Source: Deltaproteobacteria bacterium (GTDB taxonomy: Bacteria > Desulfobacterota > Binatia > UBA12015). Taken from it: a stretch of DNA of 64,000 nucleotides. This document shows, in pieces, positions 17,518 through 27,713 of the stretch. The stretch spans positions 21,055-85,054 of the forward strand of contig JAJCZO010000297.1 of NCBI GenBank assembly GCA_029262355.1, written 5' to 3'. Position 1 is the stretch's first letter. Each line of letters opens with the position of its first letter. The translations under genes and the position numbers were made by a program. Below the pieces are notes generated by a model, which ran no database searches, was not told the origin of the DNA, and saw nothing but the letters and a program-made list of their open reading frames with translations.

Positions 17518-18926
17518 AGCTGCTCTGCTGCGGGCTGGTCGCGGCGGCGTCGGCCGTCTTCGTCTCTTGCTCGGGACCTTCGGGTCCGGCCGAGGCGGGT
17601 CTCGTTGCGAAGGCTGGGCGGTTCCGGATCGAGGCGCGCTTCGATCCCGATCCTCCACAGAAGGGCTCGAACGTCGTTCGGCTGAAGGTCATGGACGATG
17701 GAGGCCTGCCCGCTGACGACGTTTCGGTACGCGGGTCCGCCGTCATGCCCGCCATGGGCGCCATGGCGGAGATGCGCGCGGGGGGCGAGGCGACGTCGAT
17801 GGGAGAGGGGCGTTTTCGGCTCGACGTCGATCTGTCGATGTCGGGTTCGTGGCCGCTCACCGTGTCGGTCACGGGCAGCGATGGGAAGACGGGCTCGGTT
17901 GGCTTCAACTACAAGACCGGGGTTCCCGTTCGCGTGGCGGGGAGTCGGTCGGCCGGGTCGTCGGAGGAAGCCGGAGTGATCGAGATCGACGCGCGTCAGC
18001 GTCAGTTGATCGGAGTGAAGACCGCGCCGGTCAGGCTCGGCCCGGCCGAGAAGTCGATTCGCGCCGTCGGGCGCGTGGCCTATGACGAGACCGGTCTGGC
18101 GGACGTGACGCTGAAGTTCCAGGGATGGATCGGCGAGGTCTTCGTGAACACGACGGGCGCGCCGGTCACGAAGGGGGAGGAGCTCTTCACCGTATATTCT
18201 CCAGAGCTGCTCTCGGCGCAGGAAGAGTTCCTCGAGAGCGCACGACGTGGGTCCAAACTGCTGTCGAGCGCGCGTCGCCGGCTGTCGCTCTGGAACCTCA
18301 CCAACGCTCAGATCGACGAGCTCTCCGTACGCGGAACACCACTGGTCTACGTCCCGATCCAATCCGCAGCGAGTGGGATCGTCGTGGAGAAGCATGTCGT
18401 CGACGGGAGCGCCGTCGCGCCCGGCCAGCTTCTCTACCGAATCGCAGATGTCTCCCAGGTGTGGATCGAAGCCGACGTCTACGAGTCGGATCTTCCCCTC
18501 GTGAAGGTGGGGGCCGCGGCCAGGATCTCCCTCACCTACCTGCCAGGAGAAACCTTCGAGGGAGTCGTCGACTACGTCTATCCGTATCTGGACTCGCCGA
18601 CCCGAACGGGTCGCGTGCGAATCGTCGTGCCCAATGAAACGGGGTCCCTCAAGCCGGGGATGTACGCGGACGTCGTTCTGCTCGCGGCCCTTGGCGATCA
18701 GCTCGTCGTGCCGGAAGCGGCGATCATTCGTTCGGGCAAGACGGACCTCGTATTCGTCGATCTCGGAGAGGGCCGGCTTGCGCCGCGTCGGGTTGAGCTC
18801 GGACGTCGGACGACGGATGGCTACGTGGTCCGCAGCGGTCTGGAGGCGGGCGAGACCGTCGTGACTTCTGGCAACTTCCTGATCGCGGCCGAGAGCAAGC
18901 TCAAGGCGGGCATCAGCCAGTGGTAG
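17514..18926 (+). CDS. RND efflux membrane fusion protein (CusB/CzcB-like) with Met-rich N-terminal extra domain
   Basis: Has HlyD/MFP barrel-sandwich, beta-barrel and MP domains (IEIDARQRQLIGVKTAPV...). The first ~130 aa are Met-rich (MPAMGAMAEMRAGGEATSMGEGRFRL). Confidence 0.85.
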   Translation: MKLLCCGLVAAASAVFVSCSGPSGPAEAGLVAKAGRFRIEARFDPDPPQKGSNVVRLKVMDDGGLPADDVSVRGSAVMPAMGAMAEMRAGGEATSMGEGRFRLDVDLSMSGSWPLTVSVTGSDGKTGSVGFNYKTGVPVRVAGSRSAGSSEEAGVIEIDARQRQLIGVKTAPVRLGPAEKSIRAVGRVAYDETGLADVTLKFQGWIGEVFVNTTGAPVTKGEELFTVYSPELLSAQEEFLESARRGSKLLSSARRRLSLWNLTNAQIDELSVRGTPLVYVPIQSAASGIVVEKHVVDGSAVAPGQLLYRIADVSQVWIEADVYESDLPLVKVGAAARISLTYLPGETFEGVVDYVYPYLDSPTRTGRVRIVVPNETGSLKPGMYADVVLLAALGDQLVVPEAAIIRSGKTDLVFVDLGEGRLAPRRVELGRRTTDGYVVRSGLEAGETVVTSGNFLIAAESKLKAGISQW

Positions 18927-21900
18927 AGCAGCCGCCGAATCGACCCGGGCTCGTCGCGAGACTCATCGCGACGTGCGCCGCGAATCCCATCGTCACTCTC
19001 ATCGCGGTGGGCGCATTTGCGGTATGGGGCTTCTTCTCGGCGCAGAGTCTCCCGCTCGACGCGATCCCCGATCTCTCCGACACGCAGGTGATCGTCTTCA
19101 CGGAATGGCCGGGCCAGAGTCCTGATCTCGTCGAAGATCAGGTGACATATCCGATCTCAACCACGTTGCTTGCGGCCCCGCAGGTGAAGTTCGTGCGGGG
19201 GCAGTCGTTTCTCGGGCTGTCCTTCGTCTACGTGATTTTCGAGGACGGAACCGACATGTATTGGGCGCGTTCTCGCGTGCTCGAGTACCTGGCCTCGGCG
19301 CAGGGCAAGCTCCCCGAGGGAGTGACGCCAACCATGGGGCCGGATGCGACCGGCGTTGGCTGGGTCTTCGAGTACGCACTCGTGGATCGTACCGGAAGCC
19401 AGAGCCTCGCGGATCTCCGCAGCTTTCAGGATTGGTACCTCCGATACTGGCTCGAGGGCGTGAAGGGCGTCGCAGAGGTCGCCTCGGTTGGCGGCTTCGT
19501 GAAGCAGTATCAGGTGAACGTCGACCCCAATCGGCTTCTGGCCTACGGGATCCCGCTGTCCGACGTGATCAAGAAGATCCGGCGGTCGAACGACGACGTA
19601 GGCGGCCGTGTTCTCGAGATCGCGGGCCACGAGCACTTCATTCGCGGGCGTGGCTACATCAAATCTCTCGACGATCTCGAAACGATTCCTCTTCGGCTCG
19701 GGGAGGGCGGCACGCCGGTGTTGCTGCGCGATGTCGCGACGGTGGAGATCGGCCCGGACCAGCGACGAGGGATCGCAGAGCTCGATGGCGAGGGTGAGGT
19801 CGTCGGCGGGATCGTCGTGATGCGCTACGGGGAGAACGCTCTGCGCGTGATCGAAGACGTGAAGACCCGACTCGAAGAGGTGAAGGGCTCACTGCCTGAG
19901 GGGGTCGAGGTCGAGATCACGTACGATCGCTCGGACCTGATCCTCCGCGCCGTGGATACGCTCCGCAGTACGCTCGTCGAGGAGATGATCGTGGTCAGCG
20001 TCGTGATCGCACTCTTCCTCCTGCACGTGCGCTCGGCGTTGGTTGCGATCGTGACGCTGCCGCTTGCGGTGCTCTTGTCTTTCATTCCGATGGCGTTGCA
20101 GGGCCTCACCGCCAACATCATGTCGCTCGCGGGAATCGCTGTGGCGATCGGCGCGATGGTCGATGCCGCCGTGATCATCATCGAGAACGTGCATAAGAAG
20201 CTGCAGACTTGGGAGACCGAGGGGCGGCCCGGCGACCGACAGACGGTCCTCATCGCGGCGATGCAGGAGGTTGGGCCGAGCATCTTCTTCTCGTTGCTCG
20301 TGATCACCGTGTCGTTCTTGCCGGTGTTCACTCTGCAGGCGACTGAGGGCCGTCTCTTCCGGCCACTCGCGTTCACGAAGACCTATTCGATGGGTTTTGG
20401 TGCGATTCTGGCCGTGACGCTCCTCCCCGCACTCGTCGTGCTGCTCATCCGCGGCCGGGTGCGCCACGAAAACGCGAATCCGCTCAACCGGTGGCTCATC
20501 GCCGGGTACACGCCCGTCGTCCGGTGGATCGTCCGGCGTCCATGGGCGAGCGTGTGCACGGCCATCGTCGTCATGGCGGCGACCGTGCCCGCGTTCTTCG
20601 CGCTGGGGACGGAGTTCATGCCTCCCCTGAACGAGGGCTCGATTCTCTACATGCCGACCGCCCCGCCCGGTATGTCGGTGACCGAAGCCGGGTCGACGCT
20701 GCGATCCATGGGGCGAGAGCTGAAGAAGTTTCCCGAGGTCGAGAAGGTTTTCGGAAAGATCGGCCGCGCACGCACGGCGACCGATCCGGCGCCTCTGTCG
20801 ATGGTCGAGACGGTGGTCACGCTGAAGCCGCAGTCGGAGTGGCGCGACGGGCTCGACTGGGACGGGCTCATCGCGGAGATGGACGAGGCGCTGCACTATC
20901 CCGGCATGCCGAACATCTGGTGGATGCCCGTCCAGACTCGGACCGAGATGATGGCAACGGGCATTCGAAGCGCACTCGGTATCAAGGTCTTCGGGCCAGA
21001 TCTCGCGGGGATCGAGGCCCTTGCGGTGCAGATCGAGAAGGCGCTCCTCTCCGACTCGCGTACTCAGCCCTACACCCGAAGTGCGTTCGCGGAGAGAATT
21101 ACCGGTGGCTACTTCATCGATCTCGAGGTGAATCGGCTCCAGGCGGCACGTCACGGACTGACCGTGGGGGACGTCGAGGACGTCGTCGCATCGGCGATCG
21201 GCGGCATGAACATCGCCGAGACGATCGAAGGACGCGAGCGATACCCAATCAACGTGCGCTATGCGCGCGATTTTCGTCAGGATCTCGACTCGCTCTCTCA
21301 GGTGTTGGTGGCGACTCCGATGGGCGCACAGGTGCCGCTCCTCCAGGTCGCGACGATGGACCGGAAGACCGGCCCCCCGATGATTCGAAACGAAGACGGC
21401 CAACTCGTCGGCTTCGTGTTCGTCGATGTCGCCGGGGAGGGCATCATCGACTACGTCGACGCGGCAAAGGCGGTCGTCGCGCAACGAGTCGATTTGCCGC
21501 CGGGCTACCGGATCGCCTGGGCCGGACAGTTCGAATACTTCGAAAGAGCGAAGGCGCACTTGATTCTGATCGTGCCCCTCACGCTCTTCCTGGTCGTTTT
21601 GCTGCTGTATGCAAACACCCGATCCGTCGTAGAGACCGCGATCGTCTTGCTCGCGGTGCCGTTTTCCCTGGTGGGTGCGGTGTGGCTGCTCTACGTGCTG
21701 GACTACGACATGAGTGTCGCGGTGTGGGTGGGCTTCATTGCGTTGGCTGGTCTCGATGCGGAGACCGGTGTGGTGATGCTGCTCTACCTCAAGCTTGCCC
21801 ACGATCATCGCAAGAAGGAGGGCCGGCTTCAGACGGAGGCGGATCTCGATGAGGCCATCGTCGAGGGCGCCGCGCGACGCATTCGCCCCAAGTTCATGAC

Positions 21901-22108
21901 GGTGCTCACGACCATGATCGCGCTGCTGCCGATCATGTGGAGTGCGGGGACCGGAGCGGACGTGATGCGCCGAATTGCCGCGCCGATGGTGGGGGGGCTC
22001 GGCACATCGTTCTTGCTGGAGCTGACCGTTTACCCGGCGCTGTTCGCGCTGTGGAAGCGCAGGGAGCTCAGTGCTCGATCACCGGATGGAAGCTTGGGGC
22101 CGGAATGA
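18920..22108 (+). CDS. Heavy-metal efflux RND transporter, CusA/CzcA family
   Basis: 1062-aa 12-TM RND permease with CusA-like conserved blocks. The GTG start overlaps the MFP stop. Confidence 0.9.
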   Translation: MVEQPPNRPGLVARLIATCAANPIVTLIAVGAFAVWGFFSAQSLPLDAIPDLSDTQVIVFTEWPGQSPDLVEDQVTYPISTTLLAAPQVKFVRGQSFLGLSFVYVIFEDGTDMYWARSRVLEYLASAQGKLPEGVTPTMGPDATGVGWVFEYALVDRTGSQSLADLRSFQDWYLRYWLEGVKGVAEVASVGGFVKQYQVNVDPNRLLAYGIPLSDVIKKIRRSNDDVGGRVLEIAGHEHFIRGRGYIKSLDDLETIPLRLGEGGTPVLLRDVATVEIGPDQRRGIAELDGEGEVVGGIVVMRYGENALRVIEDVKTRLEEVKGSLPEGVEVEITYDRSDLILRAVDTLRSTLVEEMIVVSVVIALFLLHVRSALVAIVTLPLAVLLSFIPMALQGLTANIMSLAGIAVAIGAMVDAAVIIIENVHKKLQTWETEGRPGDRQTVLIAAMQEVGPSIFFSLLVITVSFLPVFTLQATEGRLFRPLAFTKTYSMGFGAILAVTLLPALVVLLIRGRVRHENANPLNRWLIAGYTPVVRWIVRRPWASVCTAIVVMAATVPAFFALGTEFMPPLNEGSILYMPTAPPGMSVTEAGSTLRSMGRELKKFPEVEKVFGKIGRARTATDPAPLSMVETVVTLKPQSEWRDGLDWDGLIAEMDEALHYPGMPNIWWMPVQTRTEMMATGIRSALGIKVFGPDLAGIEALAVQIEKALLSDSRTQPYTRSAFAERITGGYFIDLEVNRLQAARHGLTVGDVEDVVASAIGGMNIAETIEGRERYPINVRYARDFRQDLDSLSQVLVATPMGAQVPLLQVATMDRKTGPPMIRNEDGQLVGFVFVDVAGEGIIDYVDAAKAVVAQRVDLPPGYRIAWAGQFEYFERAKAHLILIVPLTLFLVVLLLYANTRSVVETAIVLLAVPFSLVGAVWLLYVLDYDMSVAVWVGFIALAGLDAETGVVMLLYLKLAHDHRKKEGRLQTEADLDEAIVEGAARRIRPKFMTVLTTMIALLPIMWSAGTGADVMRRIAAPMVGGLGTSFLLELTVYPALFALWKRRELSARSPDGSLGPE

Positions 22109-22520
22109 CCTCGACCGGGATTTCCGCGACGAGCTCGTCGTCGAGGTAGAGTTCGTACGTGTACGATCCGGTCCGCTTGGACGTGGAGTGTGCGTTCAGG
22201 GCCAGAATGGTCGGAGCCTGCGAGAAATCGACGTCGTCCGCGTCGATGCGGCCAAACAAGCGACCGTCCTTATAGAAGACCCACTCGCCGTCTTGCTCGG
22301 TGGCGTCCCGGCTGTGCTTCGGTGATATGGAGACCGCAACCTGGAACGGCGCGCCGCGAACCACCTTCGCGGCTTCCGGATTCGTCGGATCGCCCGCGTC
22401 TACGCTGACGATCCGGTCGTGGACATTCCAGCGTGTGGATCGGCTGATCTCGGACGGCCCACAGCCGGCGAGTGAGGCGAATACGAATCCCGAGAGGGCT
22501 GCAACGGATAGAGTTTTCAT
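22068..22520 (-). CDS. Lipoprotein of unknown function
   Basis: Lipobox MKTLSVAALSGFVFASLAGCG from ATG 22520. Its 3' end overlaps the convergent cusA 3' end by 41 nt. Confidence 0.5.
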   Translation of the reverse strand: MKTLSVAALSGFVFASLAGCGPSEISRSTRWNVHDRIVSVDAGDPTNPEAAKVVRGAPFQVAVSISPKHSRDATEQDGEWVFYKDGRLFGRIDADDVDFSQAPTILALNAHSTSKRTGSYTYELYLDDELVAEIPVEVIPAPSFHPVIEH

Positions 22521-22632
22521 TCCACGGTCTCCTGACCGTGTGAATCGGCGCTCCCACCGCTCCAGATGAGGGCTCGCCAAGCCCGATGGCGTGGCCTAGC
22601 GAGCTCGCTCCCGCCGAGGCATGGTCGCGGGC

Positions 22633-23652
22633 CTAGCCGGCGTCTGCTTCTCGCAGGTCACGCACGATGTCCGCGACGGCTTCGGGGGCCGTTTCGTTGT
22701 AAAGGATCATCGTCGTCCGCTGGGCGAAGTCGTTGCGTTGGCGCAGGCGTTTCCCGATTTCAGACGGTTTTCCGCAGATGCCGATCGCGTCGACCATCTC
22801 GTCCGTGATCAGCGCGGGCATCTCGGCCCACTTGCCTTCCTTGGTCATGCGGTTCAACTCGGGCTGGACGTCGCCCCATCCGTGATGGTCGAGCATCACC
22901 TTGTACGCCGGCGTCGAGCCGTAGAAGGACATCTGCATTCTGGCGCCTTGGCGGGCGCGCTCGATCTCTTCGTCGTTTGAGCCGACCATCGTGATGACCT
23001 GCGCCGACACCTCGACGTCGGAGCGGGTTCGACCGGCTTTCTCGGCGCCTTCGTCGAGTGCGGGGAGGGCGACCTTTTTCGCGAAGTCCGGAGTGTGAAG
23101 GGGATGAACGAGCCACGAATCGGCGACCTCGCCTGCGACCCGAATCATGCCGGGACCGAAGCCGGCGAGAGCGATCTTCGGCGTGCCGTGGGGGTTGAGT
23201 CCTGGGTTGAAGAACGGGGCCATCAGGGTGTGGGTGTAGAACTCGCCGCGGAACTCAAGCCGCTCGCCCTCGTTCCAGGCCCGCCAGATGGCCCGCACCG
23301 CCTGGATGAACTCCCGCATGCGCGCGTTCGGCTTCGACCACGTCTCGCTGAAGCGCCTCTCGATGTGAGGCCGGATCTGCGAGCCGAGGCCGAGTGTGAA
23401 GCGTCCTTTCGAGATGAGTTGCAGGTCATTGGCCATGTACGAGACGACCATCGGGTTGCGTGCGAACGCGATCGCGATGCCTGTGATCAGGTCCACCCGC
23501 TCGGTCCCTGTAGCTGCCAGAGCCAGCGGGAGAAACGGATCATGCTGACCTTCGAAGCTCAGGATGCCGTCGTATCCCACCCGCTCGAGCTCGCCGGCGG
23601 TTTTGGCGAGGTCGCCCATGGGGGCGCCGAGAAGTGCGGAGTCGATCTTCAT
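22633..23652 (-). CDS. LLM class F420-dependent oxidoreductase
   Basis: 339-aa luciferase-like TIM-barrel protein with MKIDSALLGAPMGDLAKTAGELERVGYDGILSFEGQHDPF... and the SETWSKPNARMREF block. Confidence 0.8.
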   Translation of the reverse strand: MKIDSALLGAPMGDLAKTAGELERVGYDGILSFEGQHDPFLPLALAATGTERVDLITGIAIAFARNPMVVSYMANDLQLISKGRFTLGLGSQIRPHIERRFSETWSKPNARMREFIQAVRAIWRAWNEGERLEFRGEFYTHTLMAPFFNPGLNPHGTPKIALAGFGPGMIRVAGEVADSWLVHPLHTPDFAKKVALPALDEGAEKAGRTRSDVEVSAQVITMVGSNDEEIERARQGARMQMSFYGSTPAYKVMLDHHGWGDVQPELNRMTKEGKWAEMPALITDEMVDAIGICGKPSEIGKRLRQRNDFAQRTTMILYNETAPEAVADIVRDLREADAG

Positions 23653-23983
23653 TGCGTGGCTCTTTCCGTTGAGGGGGGCAGAGTTCGTTCTGTCCCTGTC
23701 CTAACAGAAAGCAGGGGGCGGTCTTCCGTCCCTCACCCGCGCAGGAAGGATTCGCCCTCCTCCGTTTCGCACGGGCCGAAATAGGACCTTCCGAGCGCTG
23801 ATCATGAGGTCTGCAATGGCAACAAGGTGATGCCGGAGGCAACCCGATAGGTTCAGGAGCGCTCCGCGCTCTGTACAAAACGCACTGAAAATGGACGGTT
23901 CTCTTTGGTACGGGCCTTGCGGCTCCAGATTTCGAGAGAGCGCCGCCGGAATCTCACGGTGGCCCGAGACGGGGAGCACAGGC

Positions 23984-26764
23984 ATGCAGCAATCGAAGCG
24001 TCGCCCAATCCATCGAGTCCTTGCCACGGCCGTAGGAGGCGCCGCGCTCGCGGCTGCCCAGCTCGCGCTCGCGATGCCTGCGAACGACGATTGCGCCAAC
24101 GCGACCGCGATCGCGGCGCTCCCCTTCGTCGATGTGCTCGACACGTCGATGGCGGGTACGGGCGTGGATGACCAGGCCCACAGCTGTACGGGTGCGCTCG
24201 ATTCGAACAGCGTTTGGTACGAGTACGTCGTCCCCGCCAATGAGACCCTCGACCTGGACCTGTTGGGGACGCCGTATGAGGCCGTCATCGCGGTGTACGA
24301 CGCCTGCGGCGTCGCCGCGAACGAGATTGCGTGCTTTCACGACGACTCGGGTTCCATCGAGACCCGGGCGCCACTCTCCGTGCGCGCGGGCAACACCGTC
24401 TACCTCCAGGTGACCGACGTCGGCGGCGCGGGCGGGGTGATGACGTTCAACGTGAACAACGATCCGAAGTTCAAAGTCGGGACCGTGAAGACGATCCAGC
24501 AGGTTGCTGGAAGCAGCACGCCAAACCCCTCGGGTGGGGTCATTGGCACCATCCATTCTTCCACGATCCTCTCGGGGCGGGTTGCCGCGTACGCCGCCAC
24601 GACGCACGGGATCTACCAGCGCACCGCAGGCGGCCTTTCGAATATTGCGGCGAGCGGCATGGCGACGCCGATCGGGGGCGTGTTCCGAAAGTTCGGTCCG
24701 CCGGTCACCCAGAACGCCGCATCCGTTGCGTTCTACGCTGGAATCGACGGTGTGCCCGGCGTTCGCGAGGGCATCTTCTCATGGAATGGCGCCGTGCTTG
24801 CCGCGGTGGCCGTCGAGGGCGACCCGACGCCGGCGGGCGGGACCTACCGGGGATTCGAGGAGTTCATCGCCATGAACGGGTTGGGTGACATCGCGTTCGC
24901 CGCGCGAATCGACACGAACCCAAATGATGGGCTCTTCGCGGTCGTCGGCGGGGTCCCTAGCCTCGTGGCGCTGGAGGATGACGCGAGCCCGTGCGGTGGC
25001 TTCTTCCGGAGCTTCTCGTCGAATCGCGGCGGCGTGGCGATAAACGCGGCGGGCGACGTCGCCTTCCGCGCGGACGATACGCTCGGCGAAGGCATGCACC
25101 TCTGGCAGGGCGGCGTGGTCACCGCCTACGCGTGTGAAGGCGGTGCCCCGCCAGCCACCGGCGGCGTCTACCGGAGCTTCGGCGAGCACATCGACATGAA
25201 CGTCGGTGCGGACGCCATCTTCATGGCCGTGGTCGACAACGGCTCCATCTTGGACGCGATCTTCGCTGGGCCGACTGCGGGTCTCACGCTCCTCGCGGTC
25301 GAGGGTGGCGCGATCGGATTCACCAACTTCACAGGCTTCCGCGACAACATTCTACCGTCGATCAACGATGCCCGTCAGTCGGCGTATGTTGCGCGCCTGG
25401 CGTTCCCCGGGGACGCGATCGTCGGTGCCGTCAACTTCGTCGCCGCTCCCACGGTCATTCTTGCGGAGAATGGGGCCTGTCCGTTCGGCGGCAGCATCTC
25501 GGCGTTCGGGGAGGAGGTGGATCTCAACCTCCTCGGAGACGTCACGGCCGAGGTTGCGTGTACGTCGGGCCGGGGTGTGATCCGTGGCAACGGCGGTGTG
25601 TTCTCCGGCGTAGGAAATACTTTCGACGCGACGGCCCTTGGGACCGGTTGGCGGTTCAGCGATGGCCAGACGGACGCTGCTGGCGACGTGGTCGTGAGCA
25701 GTAAGCGAACGGCGATCTACGGTGGGCGCTGCGGCGGCGGCGGGTGCACTCCGCCGATTCTGATGGCCAAGAGTCCAATGCCGCTCGCTGGAGCAGCCGC
25801 GGCAAACATCGAGACGATCGATCCCTACTCGGTCAATGGGTCCAAGGAAGCCGTGTTCACGGCAGTCGCCTCGGGTGGCGGTGTTCGCACTGAGCTGATC
25901 CTGCGAGGTCGGCCCGGCGGACCGCTGACCAAGGTCGTCGAGGTGGGTGATCCGCTGCCGGTCGCCGTGGGCACGTTTGCCGGCTTTAGCGATTCGGACC
26001 CGTTTGGTGGCAACACGGGCCTCTGGCGCGCTGCGAGCCAAGGTCGGAAGGTCGCCTTTGCCGCTTCGGTGAGTTCGGGGTCTTACGATCGGGGGATCTT
26101 CCAGGCCAAGGGGGCCGTCATGGCTACGCTCGCCTACAACGGCATGGTGGCGCCGAGCGGCGAGACCCTGGAGGAATTCTCCTCGCCTTCGATCAGCGGG
26201 AACAAGGTCGTGTTCGCGGCCGAGACTAGCATCGGCGACTGCATCTACCGCTCGATCAAGCCCACGTTGCCGCTCAACACGGTGATCTGTGTGGGAGATC
26301 CGGCGCCGGCTTCGGTTGGTGGTTCGATCGACGACATCATTGCGCCGCCGACGATCGCGGGCCGCACCGTCCGGTTCCTCGCCACTGTGGCAGGTGGGGC
26401 TGCGAGCGAGTGCGTGTTCGGAGATGACGGGACGGTCTTCGACGCCATCGTCTGCGAGGGCGCGCCATTGCCCGGCGGCGGTACGCTCGACAGTGGGGCG
26501 AGCGGCAGTGTGGGCACGAACCCAGGGTCGCAGGGCAAGGGTGTGATCTTCGCCGGACGAAATCTGGACGACGAGCAAGCCGTCCTCGTCTACCGAAAGG
26601 ACACGTTCTACACGGTTGCAATGAGCAACCGCACGGCGGTGGGTGGCAACCTGATCAGCCTCTGGAACCCCTATACGGCCATCAAGGGGAAGACCGTGGT
26701 GTTTGGCGGGTCGCTCGCCGGTGCGAATGATTCGACTACCCTCTTCCTGTCGCGCCTGAAGTAG
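23984..26764 (+). CDS. Large secreted tandem-repeat protein (N-terminal Cys-containing domain, then about 10 repeats with a G-G-x-[FY]-R-x-F core)
   Basis: Signal peptide from ATG 23984 (MQQSKRRPIHRVLATAVGGAALAAAQLALA). The repeat units are GGVFRKFG, GGTYRGFEEF, GGFFRSFS, GGVYRSFGEH, FTGFRDN and GGSISAFGEE, spaced about 45-50 aa apart. No C-terminal sorting signal is recognisable. Confidence 0.7.
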   Translation: MQQSKRRPIHRVLATAVGGAALAAAQLALAMPANDDCANATAIAALPFVDVLDTSMAGTGVDDQAHSCTGALDSNSVWYEYVVPANETLDLDLLGTPYEAVIAVYDACGVAANEIACFHDDSGSIETRAPLSVRAGNTVYLQVTDVGGAGGVMTFNVNNDPKFKVGTVKTIQQVAGSSTPNPSGGVIGTIHSSTILSGRVAAYAATTHGIYQRTAGGLSNIAASGMATPIGGVFRKFGPPVTQNAASVAFYAGIDGVPGVREGIFSWNGAVLAAVAVEGDPTPAGGTYRGFEEFIAMNGLGDIAFAARIDTNPNDGLFAVVGGVPSLVALEDDASPCGGFFRSFSSNRGGVAINAAGDVAFRADDTLGEGMHLWQGGVVTAYACEGGAPPATGGVYRSFGEHIDMNVGADAIFMAVVDNGSILDAIFAGPTAGLTLLAVEGGAIGFTNFTGFRDNILPSINDARQSAYVARLAFPGDAIVGAVNFVAAPTVILAENGACPFGGSISAFGEEVDLNLLGDVTAEVACTSGRGVIRGNGGVFSGVGNTFDATALGTGWRFSDGQTDAAGDVVVSSKRTAIYGGRCGGGGCTPPILMAKSPMPLAGAAAANIETIDPYSVNGSKEAVFTAVASGGGVRTELILRGRPGGPLTKVVEVGDPLPVAVGTFAGFSDSDPFGGNTGLWRAASQGRKVAFAASVSSGSYDRGIFQAKGAVMATLAYNGMVAPSGETLEEFSSPSISGNKVVFAAETSIGDCIYRSIKPTLPLNTVICVGDPAPASVGGSIDDIIAPPTIAGRTVRFLATVAGGAASECVFGDDGTVFDAIVCEGAPLPGGGTLDSGASGSVGTNPGSQGKGVIFAGRNLDDEQAVLVYRKDTFYTVAMSNRTAVGGNLISLWNPYTAIKGKTVVFGGSLAGANDSTTLFLSRLK

Positions 26765-26858
26765 GGCGATCCGGCCGGGGGTGCGGGCTGGGGCGGCGGA
26801 TGGGCTGTCGTTCTCGCTGCATGGGCCGCATCCCCGGCCGTGAGCGGCCTTGGCTGGA

Positions 26859-27713
26859 TCAGCCGGGCCCGGGCACGCAGCGGTTTACGATCGTACCCAG
26901 TCCTTCGATCGAGCTCGTGATCGTATCGCCGGCTTCGAGGTAGCGGCGCGGATCGCGCACCGATCCCACTCCGGCGGGAGTTCCCGTGAAGATGAGGTCG
27001 CCAGGCACGAGAGTGCAGTACCGCGACAGCCACGCGATGAGCTCCGGTACCGCGAACACCATCAGGCTGGTGCGTGCGTTCTGCAGCGTCTCGCCGGAGA
27101 CGTCGCACGAGATCGCGAGATCGTTGGGGTCTTCGATCTCGTCGAGGGGAACGATTCCTGGTCCGATCGGTCCGAAGGTGTCGACCGATTTTCCCATCGA
27201 GAACTGTGGCGGCTTCCCGGCGAACTGCATGCGGCGGTCGGAGATATCTTGGCCCACGCAGTATCCGGCCACGTGGTCGAGCGCCTTCGCTTCGGCGATG
27301 TTCCGACCGCGTTCGCCAATCACGACGACCAGCTCGACTTCGTAGTCGACACGGTTCGACGTCAGTACGACGTCGGCGCGCGGGCCGCAGAGGCAGTTCG
27401 GGAACTTCGTGAAGATGAGCGGTTCTTTCGGGAGCTCGAGCTTCGCCTCCTCGGCATGGTCGGTGTAGTTGAGGCCGACGCCGAAGATCTTCTGCGGAGC
27501 GGTGACGGGAGGGCCGAGGGCACTGCTGTCGATCGTCGCGGCGGGCGCGTCGTTCGACAGGCCACCCGCCCACGAGCGAAAATCGTTCCAGTGGCGGAGG
27601 ATCTCCATCGGATCCGAAGAGAGCTGCTCGCCCGATGCGCTTGCGATGTCGACGACGCGATCTCCCCGACGGAGCCCGGCGCGTCCCCCCACGTTCACCA
27701 GCGAAGTGCTCAT
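26859..27713 (-). CDS. Fumarylacetoacetate hydrolase (FAH) family protein
   Basis: FAH-fold motifs (KIFGVGLNYTDHAEE, DYEVELVVVIG, GDLIFTGTPAGVG). The start ATG 27713 overlaps the meaB stop (ATGA). The ORF-track extension to 28370 lies inside meaB. Confidence 0.8.
   Translation of the reverse strand: MSTSLVNVGGRAGLRRGDRVVDIASASGEQLSSDPMEILRHWNDFRSWAGGLSNDAPAATIDSSALGPPVTAPQKIFGVGLNYTDHAEEAKLELPKEPLIFTKFPNCLCGPRADVVLTSNRVDYEVELVVVIGERGRNIAEAKALDHVAGYCVGQDISDRRMQFAGKPPQFSMGKSVDTFGPIGPGIVPLDEIEDPNDLAISCDVSGETLQNARTSLMVFAVPELIAWLSRYCTLVPGDLIFTGTPAGVGSVRDPRRYLEAGDTITSSIEGLGTIVNRCVPGPG

Noticed and set aside
22068-22580. Longer 170-aa version of the lipoprotein ORF starting at 22580
   Set aside because: The upstream 20 codons are R/E-rich (MASPHLERWERRFTRSGDRG). 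The lipobox signal peptide begins at the internal ATG 22520.
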